Assembly (NCBI GenBank): GCA_963924565.1
Contig: OZ004613.1
Coordinates: 20,274,001-20,338,000, forward strand
Source of the DNA: Ascidiella aspersa
Lineage: Eukaryota
Length of the DNA stretch: 64,000 nt
Direction: 5' to 3'
Program-made: the position numbers and the translations under genes
Notes under the pieces: generated by a model
Told to the model about the DNA's origin: nothing
What the model saw: the letters and a program-made list of their open reading frames with translations, nothing else
Databases searched by the model: none
Shown: positions 27,243-40,743 of the stretch, piece by piece
How the letters are laid out: each line of letters opens with the position of its first letter
Numbering within the stretch: the first letter of the stretch is position 1

Positions 27243-30200
27243 CTTTTATTATGTGACGACTTTTTGCTGTGAGAAGTTTTGGTCGAAAATAATCTATTGA
27301 AACAAAACAAAAAATGTTGTGCACAATTTAATGGTAAAAATACTTTTTATTTGTTTGTAAATTATTTTATAGAGTATAGGTCGGGGGTTCTTAACCAGGG
27401 GTAGGTTTACCACTTGGTGGTACGAAGCACCAAACCAGGGGGTAAGACATGCAGTGTGAAACTATGTGCTATTTACACATACTTCAAAGTGTACGAGCTC
27501 TAAAAAGGTTAAGAAACACTGGTATAGATTGATATACACCTATATAGCTTCATTGCTAACCGCCATAAAGTTATAGGTTTGCCAGTAGAAAACTTGCTTG
27601 GATATTGGTTGGTTTAAGCCGATTTAAAATAATATATTAAATTGGCTTTCTTTGAGATTCACGTTTGTCACTTCACGGGTCCGGGCCCACATCGGGAAAC
27701 GCCAGTATTTTATGGGCACGTCCAAAAATTTACAAAAAATACAGAAAAAACGTAATAGCTGTATCCGGCTTGCAAACCGTGGGTTGGTGACCCTTGATAA
27801 AATTGTTGGACAAAAAGTCGAAAAGATATTACTGTAAGCCCTATTTAATTACAGTTACAAGTAAAAAACAAAATAAGTGCCAAGTAATTTGCAAATGTAT
27901 TTCACTGTAATGCAATCTACGAAGCAAAAAAATAGCCTATACGTACAAAACCTAAATCACGGAGATGGGGCGTTCTAATTAACACAGCAGAAACCTATGA
28001 AGAGCACGAAGTGTAAGAAATAAGAAAGTTTTTGTACAAATTCTGACAAGTGTATTTATTACTGTGCACTTTTCTTCATATGGTGTAGTTTCGAAGAATG
28101 TTTGATCAATTTAAACTTTTGTGGACAAAATGCATGTATCGTAAAAAACTGCAAACAGTCGACTTATTCTATAGCAGAGAATTATCATCATAGGCCCTAT
28201 AAGTTATATAAGCCAAAGTGCCGAAGATTAGAGAACAGTCTTACCAAATACAAAATGAGGAAATTTTAATTGTTCTGTTTTGGTGTTCTATTGCATGATC
28301 AAATATATAGAGAAACCGAAACATTTTTCATTATAGGAGTTCTAAGCAAAGAATTGTGTGGGAATTTCATTGAAAAAGATTGACGCTTAATATAAAATCT
28401 GTATGCCAGTTTTAAATTTAATTGCTTCGCGCCAGTCCTTTTCTAACTAAAAATATTTTTATTTTGATATTTTTGTTTCAGATATATAATAAGAATTGTT
28501 TATCAATATAGCCGCTTTTTAATAAATTTCAAAGTTTGTCTGAAAATCGCCGGACGGCGGTCGACGCCATATGCTCTTTCTAAAGAACTATTTTATTCTA
28601 AGAACTGTTATTCAATATGGCCGTTTTATCGGCTGGTCGTTTCCAACATGTGACATTATTCATATGTGACGACTCTCTTGGTGATAAAAGTTTTGGCCAA
28701 AAAAGTATTTATAGAATCAAGAAATAGAAACAATTTTAGGTAAAATCCAATGGTGACCGTACTTTTTATTTATAGCTATTTTTTTAATTTATAGTATTTA
28801 TAGATAAATCGCCCTTCTGCTGATGTTCCTCATCAGGGTTCATAATCAAAACGAGAATGCGTTAGCCAGTATATATAAGAATAAAAAATAAATAGACTAT
28901 GATAAAAAATAATACATTTAAACGACCCAGAAGTATTTTATTATTATTAAGCCTGATAAGGTCACCTGCTATCTGCTGCCGAAACGTCGGTTTATATTTC
29001 GTTAACACCGGGAGTGCGATTTATATTTTGCACGTTGGGGCTAACTCTATTTGTACTTTTCATTTGTTTGTAAATTCTCTTTAAGAGTGTAGATTGATGT
29101 TCACCTTATAGCTTCATTGCTAGCTGCCATAAAGTTATATGTTTGCCAGTATAAAAGTTGTTCTCGAAACGGTTATTGCCCATGAATACTGAAACAAATA
29201 ATTTACCTGTTTCAATCAATTTAAAGTCCTTAATAGAAATAAATTGTAACTTGAAAGCCACGTGAAGGCTGGAAATATCCTATAGACAACAACTGGCAAC
29301 AACACCGAAATTCGTATATTATGATCGTAGCAACAAAACACCACAGGGGTGCGTACGAGGTCTTGGGTCTCGGGATAAACTACTCGACAAAGTCTTGTTT
29401 AGCCATCGTAGGACTCAGGACTCGGGACTCCAGCAAGATTACGTAAGACAACCTGAGAGTCCCGAGTCCGACGTGCGCATGCGCAGTACTAACATTTGGA
29501 AACTGCTAAGATCATAAATTGTAAATTCTATAAGTGGATTAGCATACGATGAAACTTTTTAAAACAGTGTATTGTGAGTCGAGAGCCGAATTTGGGACTC
29601 GACGAAATCGCAAGTTCTAAACTTCGAGAATTAACAACACATTCTAACCCAAAAGCAAACCACCAAAAGCAACAGCTCAGTGACAAAATGGTGACAAGCA
29701 AACGACAATGCAAGACTGGCCGACGCCAAGATGGTGGGGTTAAATCGTCCCTTGCTATATTTCTACGAATTTAACGTTTTTGGCCATTGTGATATTATAC
29801 CGATCGGTTTTTGACTTATTCTGACTGGCTTAGATCATATTGTGTCGCAGATATTACTACTATTCGGTGTTAATATTTTCGGGCAATATTTTTGCTAATA
29901 TAAAAGCGTTTCTGTATAAATAACGAGGTGTATGTTAAAAGTGAATAAAATTTACTCTTTAGTTCTCGTGGAAATGTTTTCACAAGCGTAAACTAAATTT
30001 CCGTTCAATAAATATTCTGCCTCGTCGCGATGAAAAAGTCCAACGACTCCAAATTGTTTATATTTTATGCTTCACGAAAAAACCCTCCAGCAAAATTTCT
30101 CCGGCAAATAACAATTTTTTTTAATGGTAAAAAATGTTATTTTAACTAGGTCTTATACCCTTTTAACCAGGCCATCTCTCCATAGTCTTAAATGTATTTC

Positions 30201-30561
30201 AACCTAGATTCTAGTTGCATGTTTGTGTACTACGTCGAACTATAACTTAAGGCTTGGTTTGAGTGGCTTGTTTTAAACTCCCTGTTATAACAAAATTTTG
30301 TGACGTCATTTATCGTTTTTGGTACAAAAATTATTCTATTTTCACCACTTGCTGGATAGTCATATGCGATTAAACTAAACTTGACTGTCCCGCGGTTGGA
30401 ATCTAGAACATTGACAACATATTTTGTTTAACGTTTAACGCTATGAGGTCCAATAAACCGACTTGTGTAATATTTTCGTTCCTTGAAAATTTATGGATCA
30501 CAAATCAAACGAAATTGCTTTCAAATTTTATTATACTTTGCAGTATATACCAAATATCAAC

Positions 30562-30971
30562 TTAGTGATGCTGTTGATCCATCTCGTTTAACATTTCAAC
30601 ATGTTCTTGTGCCTCTTCTGAGAACAAGTCTTTCATATCTAGAGAGTTGTCTAGTCGAGAATCCTCTTCAGACATCTTCTCATTATCTGTCCAAACATTT
30701 TTAGACGCATCAAATTAATAAATTTTAATTGGATAAGTAACTTTAAATTAACTTGCAACCAGAACAACCGCAATTATTTATGAACTAAAATAACCATAAA
30801 AATTCGAAACGTATGTCCTTTATCAGACACAAAAAATAACTAACTTGCACTATCGTAGCGCCTTCGGGAGTAGTACCTTCTTCTTCGGCTCAACCAATGG
30901 AAGAGAAATGCGTCAACATTTGCGGTGGAGATAACCAAAACCAATAGCAGAAGCAAGCAAAGTTTGTCCAT
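30562..30971 (-). CDS. Secreted Trp/Arg/Tyr-rich peptide precursor, copy A (putative antimicrobial peptide, 83 aa); coding exons 30971-30845 and 30686-30562
   Basis: MDKLCLLLLLVLVISTANVDA-FLFHWLSRRRRYYSRRRY-DSANNEKMSEEDSRLDNSLDMKDLFSEEAQEHVEMLNEMDQQHH*. GT-AG phase-1 intron; 5'UTR intron 31122-30972; TATA 31173-31179; AATAAA 30527-30532. Confidence 0.88.
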
Positions 30972-31122
30972 CTAAAAGTACAAAAAATTTCAGTTATATA
31001 AATTGAAAACAACAACATTAGTGGTTATTTGTTAGAGTTAACATAAACTTAAATAATAGTATAAAAAAGTTACAAAAACTTCTGTTATCTCTGTGATTCA
31101 CGAAGTGTCTCATCTAACTTAC

Positions 31123-31345
31123 CTTGAAGTGCTGTTGCAAGTCAATAGTGCCAGATTATAGCTATGCCCCTTTTATATAACGCTGGCGCAGCTGTTCAAA
31201 TTTGTTATTGGCTGGAGAAGGGTTTTTCCGTGAAGCATATAAGGTCAACAATTTGGAGTCGTTGGACTTTTTCATCGCGACGAGGCAGAATATTATTGAA
31301 CGGAAATTTAGTGTTACACTTGTTAAAATATTTCCACGAGAACTA
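31123..31345 (-). promoter_or_regulatory. Copy A promoter and non-coding exon 1
   Basis: CAGCTG followed by TATATAA (31173-31179); donor AAG|gtaagt at 31123/31122; same layout in copies C and D. Confidence 0.7.
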
Positions 31346-33639
31346 AAAAATAAATTTTATTCACTTTGAACATACACCTCGTTATCTATACAGAAACGCT
31401 TTTATATCAGCAAAAATATTGCCCGAAAATATTAACACCGAATCGTAGTAATATCTGCGACACAATATGATCTAAGCCAGTCAGAATAAGCTAAAAACCG
31501 ATCGTTATAATATCGCAATGGCCAAAAACGTTAAATTCGTATAAATATAGTAAGGGATGATTTAACCCCATCATCTTGGCGTCGGCCATTATTGCATTGT
31601 CGTTTGCTTGTCACCATTTTGTCACTGAGCTGTTGCTTTTGGTGGTTTGATTTTGGGTTAGAATGTGTTGTTAATTCTCGAAGTTTAATTCTACGCGATT
31701 TCGTCGAGTCCCAAATCGGCTCTCTATAGCCTATATTTCACCCAGTAAGGTAACCAAAGTAAGATGAGTATTCAGCAATCCACTCACTTGGGTTTAATAT
31801 AACTCATCGACTCACAATACACTGTTTAAAAAAGTTTTATCGTATGCTAATCCACTTTTAGAATTTATAATTTGTGACCTTAGCAGTTTCCAAATGTTGG
31901 TACTGCGCATGCGCACGTCCGACTCGGGACTCAGCTTGTCTTATGTAATTTTCCTGGACTCCCGAGTCCTGAGTCCTACGATGGTAAAGCAAAGACTTTG
32001 TCGAGTAGCTCATCCCGAGACCCGAGACCGCGTACGCAGCCCTGTGGTGTTTTGTGGCTACGATCATAATATACGCACTCCCGATGTTAACGAAATATAA
32101 CCCGACGTTGCGGCAGCAGAAACCAGCTGACCGCATCAGGATTAATAATAATTAAATACTTCAGCGTCGTCTATAGATGGATTATTTTTTGTCTATATAG
32201 TCTTTTTGTTTTTTTACTCTTATATATACTGGCTAACGCATTCTCGTTTTAATTATTAATCCTAATGAGGTACACCAGAAGAGCGATTTATCTAGAAATA
32301 TATAAATTAAAAAAAAATAGCTAAAATAAAAATTACGGTCACCATTGGATTTCACCTAAAATTGTTTCTATTTCTTGTTTCTGTAGATTATATTTTGGCC
32401 GAAACTTTTGTCACCAAGAAAGTCGTCACATATTAATAATGCCACATGTTGGAAACGACTGGACGAATAAACGGCCATATTGAATAACAGTACTCAGAAT
32501 AAAACAGTTGTTTAGAAAGAGCATATGGCTTCGACCGCCGACCGGCGATTTTCGGACAAACTTTAAAATTGATTAAAAAGTGGCTATATTGATAAACAAT
32601 TCTTAGAATATATCTGAATGAAAAATTCCAAAACCAAAATATTGCTTAACTTTTAGTTAGAAAAGGACTGACGAGAAGCGATTAAATTGAAAATCGACAT
32701 ACAGATTTTATATAAACGTCTAGTTTTTTCAATAAAAGCATACACCCATAATTATTTGTTTAGAACTTCCATAATGAAAAATGTTTCGGTTATTCTATAT
32801 ATTTGATCATGCAATAGAAATCCAAAACTGAACAATTGAAATTTCCTAATTTTGTATTTGGTAAAACTGTTCTTTAATCTTTGGCACTTTGGCTTGTATA
32901 AATGATCAGGCCTATGATGAAAATTCTCACCTAAAATAAGTCGACTGTTTGCAGTTTTTTACGATACATGCATTTTGTCCACAAAAGTTTAAATTGATCA
33001 AACATTCTTCGAAACTACACCATAAGAAAAAAATTGCACAGTAAAAATACACTTGTCAGATATTGTATAAAACTTTTTTATTTCTTACACTTCATGCTCT
33101 TCATAGGTTTCTGCTGTGTTAGTTAGAACGCCCCATCTCCGTGATGCCAATTACTTGGCACTTATTTTGTATTTTGCTTGTGACTGTAATTAAATAGGGC
33201 TTACAGTAATATCAACTTTTTGTCCAACAATTTTATCAAGGGTCACCAACCCACGGTTCGCAAGCCGCATACAGCTATTATGTTTATACTGTATTTTTTA
33301 TAATTTTTTTGAGGTGCCCATAAAATACTGGCGGTCCCAGATGTGGGTCCGGACCTGTGAAATAATCAATGTGAATCTAAAAAAACGCCAATTTAAAATA
33401 TTATTTTAAATCGGTTAAAACAAACCAAAAGCCAAGCAAGTTTTCTACTGGCAAACCTATACCTTTATGGCGGTTAGCACTAAATCTATTAGTGTATGTT
33501 AATCTTTACAAGGGTTTCTTAAAATTTTTAGCGCTCATACCCTTTGAAATATGCCTAAACAGCACATATTTTACACTGCATGTCGTACCCCCTGCTTTGG
33601 ACCAAAATTCTCACACCAAAAATCGTCAAATAATAAAAG

Positions 33640-35700
33640 CTATATACATGAATTTCCTGGCGTTGCCTACGTTATATAGAGTATATACCAGTCTAATTCT
33701 AGTTAATAAACGGATGATATAGTTATACTGGATATGTAAATTATAATCTGAAATTTGCGTGGTTAAACAAAATAAAACAAGCCATTATAGTACTGTCGTC
33801 GCTTCATCACTATTGAATGTTATTGTCGGGTAGGTTTAATAAAGAGGGGGTGAAACATTTGGCCTCCAACGTATATCGCCCTTAAGTGTGATATATGGCG
33901 ATGCACCTCTCAGTTATTGGAGTCATTTTGCTGAAGCCACGTAGGTTATCATAAGACAATACGCTGCATTTAAACGTGAAGAGGGTATGAATTTTCCATG
34001 AAAGGGCAACACTAACAAAGTAATCCGCAAAGTACTGACAATTTCGCACTGTTTTGAAGCACGGAGCATACAAATCTTACTTTCACAAAGGCAAGACTTT
34101 AATTTGATTTTTACGAATACGAAATAGCTGCGTCTAACGCCAGACAAACCCGTCACCCAATTAAAATAAAAATTGCTTACTGTTAAAACCTTTTCAATAA
34201 ACGCGATATTTTGAACTCTGCCCAAATTGTGTGCGGTTAAACACACTATATAAAAAGCCAATAGGCTTGGCCTAAATCAGTATCAAATTGTTAGCGGGAA
34301 GGTTTGTTGGGCGCTATCCGTGTAAGTTTCCTAGTGGCTATTAAAAGTATGTTTAGAATACGACCGGTGGCGTGTAATAGCAGTCCTATTTGTCCGACTT
34401 GTGTAGTATTAAAGCAACCCGTAATCCCGGTACCAAATGGCGAACGAAGTAAGAAAAAATCTGATCGGACTTTAAAATTACATCTGCTTGCTATATTTTT
34501 CAAACTTTCAATTTAACGTGTGCTAAACATACTATAAGAGCTAAAAGTTCTAAAATTGTAAATTGTTAGACGATGTTTAAACCCCAAACTATAATCCAGG
34601 TATTTACGGAAAGTATATTATAATTGCACACTGTTTTGAACACCCCGAGCATGAAAGTCTTAACTTCGCAAAAATGATGACTTTAGTTTTTGTACCATGC
34701 GTAAAATTATGTAACCAAAAAGTAAAGTTGCTTAACTGTTAAAACCGCTGTAATAAACGCGATATTTTGCGAACTCTGCCTAAATTTTGAATGGTTAAAC
34801 CCACTGTTAGAAGCCATTAGGCTTTTGCCTAAATCACTGTTAAACTGTGGAAAAAAGTTTTTGTGAAAAAATGACGTTTGTTGTACAATACCCGAGTAAG
34901 TTTAGGATACGTTTTATATATGTGTTTCATAGCAAAACAGTAATGGCACTCGCAGCTGGTCGTCCCTATGCCGCTGATTGTGTGTGAAATAAAAACAATA
35001 TTTTCCCACAATACCGGTAAGACCTTATATGGAAACAGCCTGTGTTTCAAAAAACGGCAAATGATCGATTGGCACCATATTTAAAATAAATATGTAATGC
35101 CGCGGTGCCAAATCGTTCTCGGGTGGCCATTAGGTCGTTCCCTGTTAATTGCCATTACATATTATGTTGATAGACAACGTTTCAATGTGCTCATATCTCG
35201 CTTTATAACCGATGATATAAAATCTACTAGTGGCCATTTCGCATGTAATCAAAAGTTAATTATGCATAGTGTCCATAATAGTTCGTGAAAATACTCACTT
35301 AAATAAAACCGTTTAAGGATGCGAATGTTGTAGTATAGTAGTGGCTCCAACGCAACGAAATTTCGTGATATGTATAGCGATTGGAAGTAACTAACAAACC
35401 TAAACCTTATTTTTTTATTTAACCCTAAACGTTGCACTGCGTGGCACTACACGTTCGGTAAATAGACATTTTAAAACATTTGATGCGGTTTTTGAATTTC
35501 GCCGGTCATGGAAAACTTGTAGTATAAATTGTTATACAGCATATGTGTTGGTCGTCCCTGGACTATTTTCGCTGATTGTCCCTGAAATGGGTTAAAGAAA
35601 TGCTTCCCCACAACTTAAGTCACACCTTTAACCTGTGTTGAAGCGGCATTTAGTCGGATGGCGCGTTATGGCATTTATCTGCTTGACTGTGAAACTTCTG
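33640..35700 (-). mobile_element. Non-autonomous Helitron remnant (right arm of IR1, mirror of 25200-27242)
   Basis: Reverse complement of the left-arm copy; similar to 43848-44400. Confidence 0.6.
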
Positions 35701-37044
35701 ATTGTTCGTCTTCGTAAACTAAAATTTCCATAAATTTAATATTTTGTAATATGTAGCCTTGTAATGTTGTGTGTTTAGTAATATTGTGCGTTGGTCTGTC
35801 TGCCTCTTTAAGTTTACATGCCAGCGACCGAATATGCCGTATCGCCCAGCTAGTCGTTGTTAAACACGTCAAAATACCAGGTGTTTAGCATAAAATCGTT
35901 CAGGTGTTTATAATTTAACACCAACACTAAAATTAAACACAAAGGTGTTTAAATTAGGTGTTTAAGTGTTTAGATTTTAAACGTGTATAGACCGTTTTGG
36001 TGTTCAGATTTAAAAACCGTTCTACTTATACAACAGTATAAGCTAAGTTGTTCAGTCTTTCTCGTAATTTTTATTTTGTCTGGAGCATATGACTTGCTTT
36101 CTCGGCAAACATATGGCGTCGACCGCCGTCCGGCGATATTCGGACAAACTTTGAAATTTATTAAAAAGCGGCTATATTAATAAACTATTCTTAGAATATA
36201 TCACAATCAACAATTCCAAAAAGATAATATTGCTTTAGTTTTAGTTAGAAAATGATTGACGGAAAGCGAATACATTGAAAATCGGCATACGAATTTTTTA
36301 TGAGCGTCTTTTGTTTTCAGTGAAAACCACACACAATTCTTGTTTAGAAATCTTATATCAACAACAGTTCGGGTATTCTGTCAATTTTTGCAATGCGATA
36401 GAACCCGAAAACCGAACAATTAATTTTTTTAATTCTGTATTTGGTAAGACTGTTCGTTATTCTTAAACACTATGGCTTTTATAACTATAATAATAGCCTA
36501 TGGCGAAAATTCTCTTCTAAAACAAGTTGACTGTTTGTAGTTTTTTTTTTACAAGCATTTTGCCTAAAAAATATTAAATTGATTAACGTTGTTTGAATCT
36601 ACATCACTTAAAGAAAATTGTACAGTAAGAATGCCCTTTAACGACATATACACTTGCCAGAGTTTGTACCTAACTTTCCATCCGACCCGCCTCCTATTTT
36701 ACAAAGTATGGGTACGAGGCCATTTCCCATATTGTTTAATTCTTTTGATCTAATTAAACCTTTAACAGCGGACTTCGTAAAATTAACATGAAGAAATCTA
36801 ACAACTATATAATGACGGTCTGTAGACTTGCTGCCAAAGAAGTTAGTAAAATTAACAGTATTTGTTTTAACAGTGAGACAGTACAAAGCTCTTTTGAAAG
36901 AGATGGTAAAAAACAGTCGTTTTTGAGTTTGCTTGATTGGTAACGGATATAATATTTTATTTTATTATCGCAAAAACGCAGTCCTAATTCCTAATAGCTG
37001 AGAGAAATTTAGACCAATTTCGTAAATAGGCTGATATAGATTTT

Positions 37045-39312
37045 TTTTCAAATTTTCCCATATTTTTTAACAACTTTTCCCATATTAACTGCTGCACCTA
37101 AATTCAACCAATATCTTATTTGTTGCACCGTTTTTTTTATTTTACTCAACATATCGATTTACGAAAAACTTTTTTACTTTTTAACAGAATATATAACACT
37201 GGTTTACAAATTTAAACTCATTGAAAGCTACCGCCTCCCTATTAGGCGTTTCCCCCTATTTCGAGGTCACTGATTCCGAAAATGGCAGTAGTTTTTCCCT
37301 ATCACGTCAGGTTTTTCTGTACAGAATTTTTTGTTACGACATTATTATGTACTCTGAAGAAGAATTAGTGAAATTCTAAAAAAATGTCTTGTTTAGAATC
37401 AGTATATTTTTGTAATGCGTTTAATACAGACTGTCTTCCAGTATAGTTGGAAGCATATATAGTAGGGGGGGTCACGAAATCACTTTTATTTCGAATCCAC
37501 CTGCCTCGTATGGATTTTGATAGATAGACACCTAAAACCATTGTATACAAAATTGAAGCTGATTTGAACATGTATTGGTGTGAGGAAATCGAGTTGAATT
37601 TTTGCGGAAATTCGCAAAATCGGGTAAAAATGCGAAATTTTAGGTTATGTTTCACCTATATTTTCGAGTGAAATCCATCTACTGTGACCTAATATTTGTT
37701 TTTTTAGACATTTATGGAATAACTAAAGCAAGAAAGATCTGCAGAGTTTGCATTTTATCATTTATTTGCAGAAGTATTGAAAATTAAATTTGTGACGAAA
37801 ATCAAAATTTTATAAAAAAGGCAAAATTTTGGATTTGCCTTTAATTTGTACATTTTAGGTAAAACATGACTTTAAATTAATGTTTATGGAAGATAAAACT
37901 CATTACAAATAGATATATCGGCAGGAGACTGTGTTTTAATGCTAATATGGCCAGTATTAAAAATTGAATTTCTGCCGAAAATGTCAAAACAATAAAATTT
38001 GTCCATTGTTGCCTGTCACTGCAAATGACATAAAGTTCTGCTTTTATTTAGAATTTTAGATGATGCATGGATTTTTTCTGGAGTTCAACTTGGAAAGAAT
38101 AATTTCCTTTTCTTATTTTATTTACAAACAAATTTACTTGCTGCTATTAGATTCTATTAGCTCTTTCCATTGACTGGGAATAATGCGCAATTTTACTAAA
38201 CATTATTACAAGTTTTGGAGCATAATGGTTGAAAGTTGTAGTAAGACGTAGTAAGAATATGAAAGCCCATTCAGAAGTAGGGGGCATTTTAAACGTTTCG
38301 AATAACTCTTTATTCATTTTCATTATGTATTATATAACCTTTCTGATGTTTTCCAACTGATGTGGGCCTCCTTTAGTAAACTGGTTCTGTTGGATATTTC
38401 CAGTTTGTCATTTCGTTATAATCCACCGATTTAAATTTAGTGTTTTGGTATATTGAACTGTTTCACAATGTCATCTCCAAATCAATTTTGGCCATGTATC
38501 TATTTTAGATTATGGACCGCTTTTCCTCGTAATATTGGATCATTGTCAGCCCCTTACCAATGTTACAATTGCTCCCCGGTAGGCTACTCTATCCTTCATT
38601 TTATATAAAAAAGCCAAAGTGTGCATGATTTGGCGGAATTACAGTGAAAAGTTCATCTTACTGCAAAATTTAAATCTCTAATAAGACTGTGTTTTATAAA
38701 ATGGAATAACAATTTTTTATAAATTATGATTTAAGTCCCCTTTTTATATGTTCAACGAAATATTCGTTTTCAAAAAAGGTTGCCACCTTGGCTGGAGCAA
38801 ATTTGCTGTAAACCAGTGTAATAATTGATAACGTTATTTCGACAAGTTTCAAAAACATTTCTTGTCGTTTTTTTACTGGCCCAATTCTACATTACTTTTT
38901 TAGTATAAATCATAGGGTTTGATAGACTTGAAAAAAGGTAAAAAAAACAAAACCAAAAAGTGATTACTTAAAATAACTTTTGTTACATTAATAATGAAAT
39001 CTGTACGCTTGACGTTTCATCATTTCAACGGCGCTGGGACGTCCACCGAAAGTCTCCTTTCTTTTGCATTTGCCATTTTCAAGCTTTTTCACCGAACTGA
39101 TTAAAGCTATACACCGCACCAAACACGAAAAAACAGCAAGCATTTCGTTAATCGTTATTTTGGCAGAATCTGCATTTGTGGAGAGTCTGAAATTTTAAAC
39201 GTTCACTTAAGTTTTTTGAAAACAATGACAAAACGTCTTTAATTCATACTTTGTTTTTTCTTGTAGAATTTTTCTTGTCTCTGATCTTTCAACGATAATT
39301 TTTAAGATAGCC
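37045..39312. mobile_element. ~2.3-kb segment present only in the right arm of IR1; probably decayed transposon DNA
   Basis: Its flanks are nearly contiguous in the left arm (~24070). No intact ORF, TIR or TSD identified. Confidence 0.45.
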
Positions 39313-40469
39313 TTTTTTCACGTTTTTCCAGTAATTAGACAACGTAAAAGGATACAAATATGGTGCACGATTTTGTTCTGCGTACATTGATAGCATCCTA
39401 TTTTATCATTTTTTAAGCACATTGGTTAAATCCTATTTTACCAAACGAATAATGGAAATCATTTGCTCCAATTACACCCAAGATTGATTTGTTTTGGAAA
39501 CTTCTTTGTTTGTTGTCTATCGTTGCATTGTACGAATTAAATTAAATGCTTTTCTACGGCGTGCATCACCGTATCTTAATGTCCGGTGACAATCCAGTTG
39601 AGGTTTTGGTGTGAAGAATTGTTTTTTGTATTAAGTCGTAAACATTTTTTTTTTGCTTTAAAACATTTCAGATGCTGTACGCCACCTTGCGACAACTTGA
39701 TGCGGGAGTTCTAAACAGAGAATTGTGTGTGTGCTTTCATTGAAAAAAATCGTCATGCCGATTTTAAATTTAATCGCTTACCGTCATGGCTTTTCTAACC
39801 AACACACAAGCAATATTTTCGTTTTGAAATGTTTGAGTGTGGCACATTCTAAGAACTGTTTATCAATATAGCTGTTTCTAAGGGAGGCCGTTTTTAGGAT
39901 GTGACATTTTTAATGGGTGACGATGTTCTTGGTGAGAGAACTTTTAGTCAAAAAATAATCTATAGAAACAAGGAATAAAAACAATGTTAAGTAAAATTCA
40001 ATGGTGAATGTACTTTTTATTTGCTTTTAAAATCTTTTTCAGAGTATAGATGGGTCTCCAGCCATTAGACGGAGATAAAAACAATACCAACGTCAGAAAA
40101 AAACACAATTTGGGATAAGGCCAAAATAGAACTAATATATGATGGTATTAGTACTGTCTAAATCGGAATAAGTATTAAATCAGTCGGAATTAGACCTAAA
40201 ATGTCAGAACCAGGTCTAAACAACACTTTAACCAACTCCAAACCCCACCCCAAAGTACATCACTAAATCCCCTAATAATTTAAACACTAACCAATTATCT
40301 AACCCCACCCATCACCAGACGATAACCCCAAACAGGACCAAAAATGGGGTGCTCTGACGGCGCCGGTCAGACTAAAGTGTCCAAAATAGTCACCACAAAC
40401 ACCGATTGCATCCGATTGTACCATATCCTCTACCGACAGGTTCGGGCGTTATTTTGGCCATATTTACAC

Positions 40470-40600
40470 CTTCTTCCGATGAATTTAGGCCTTATTCTGA
40501 TGAATGTAGAACTTACTTCGACGATTTTAGGACTTATTCCGATTAATTTAGGCATTATTCCGATGAATGTAGAACTTATTCCGATGAATTTGGGACTTAT
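40470..40600. repeat. ~21-bp minisatellite (ttattccgatgaatttaggc-like), inside a ~550-bp insertion at ~40055-40600
   Basis: About 6 tandem units; an inverted counterpart (aatcggaataagt) lies near 40160. Confidence 0.75.
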
Positions 40601-40743
40601 GTAAAATCCGCATGCCGATTTTAAATGTAATCGCTTCTTGTCAGTCCTAAACTAAAACTAAAGCAATATTTTCGTTTTGGAATTTTTATTCTCACATATT
40701 CTAAGAACTGTTAATCAATATAGCCGTTTCTTAGGGTGGTCGT

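Larger units (their letters stand above)
23654..39696. repeat. Large inverted repeat 1: left arm ~23654-30090, right arm ~31200-39696; peptide gene A lies in the centre
   Basis: Collinear reverse-complement matches, e.g. 30033-30058 vs 31228-31252, 28000-28950 vs 32150-33140, 25200-26000 vs 35030-35700, 23654-24070 vs 39315-39696. Confidence 0.92.

Noticed and set aside
39110-39170. Minus-strand ITINEMLAVF resembling the piggyBac ITIDEML motif
   Set aside because: Too short; flanking translation does not extend the match and no TTAA or TIR was found.
40344-40604. ORF with repeated PMNLGLI; regularly spaced repeats superficially CRISPR-like
   Set aside because: Simple 21-bp minisatellite with no unique spacers, in a eukaryotic context.
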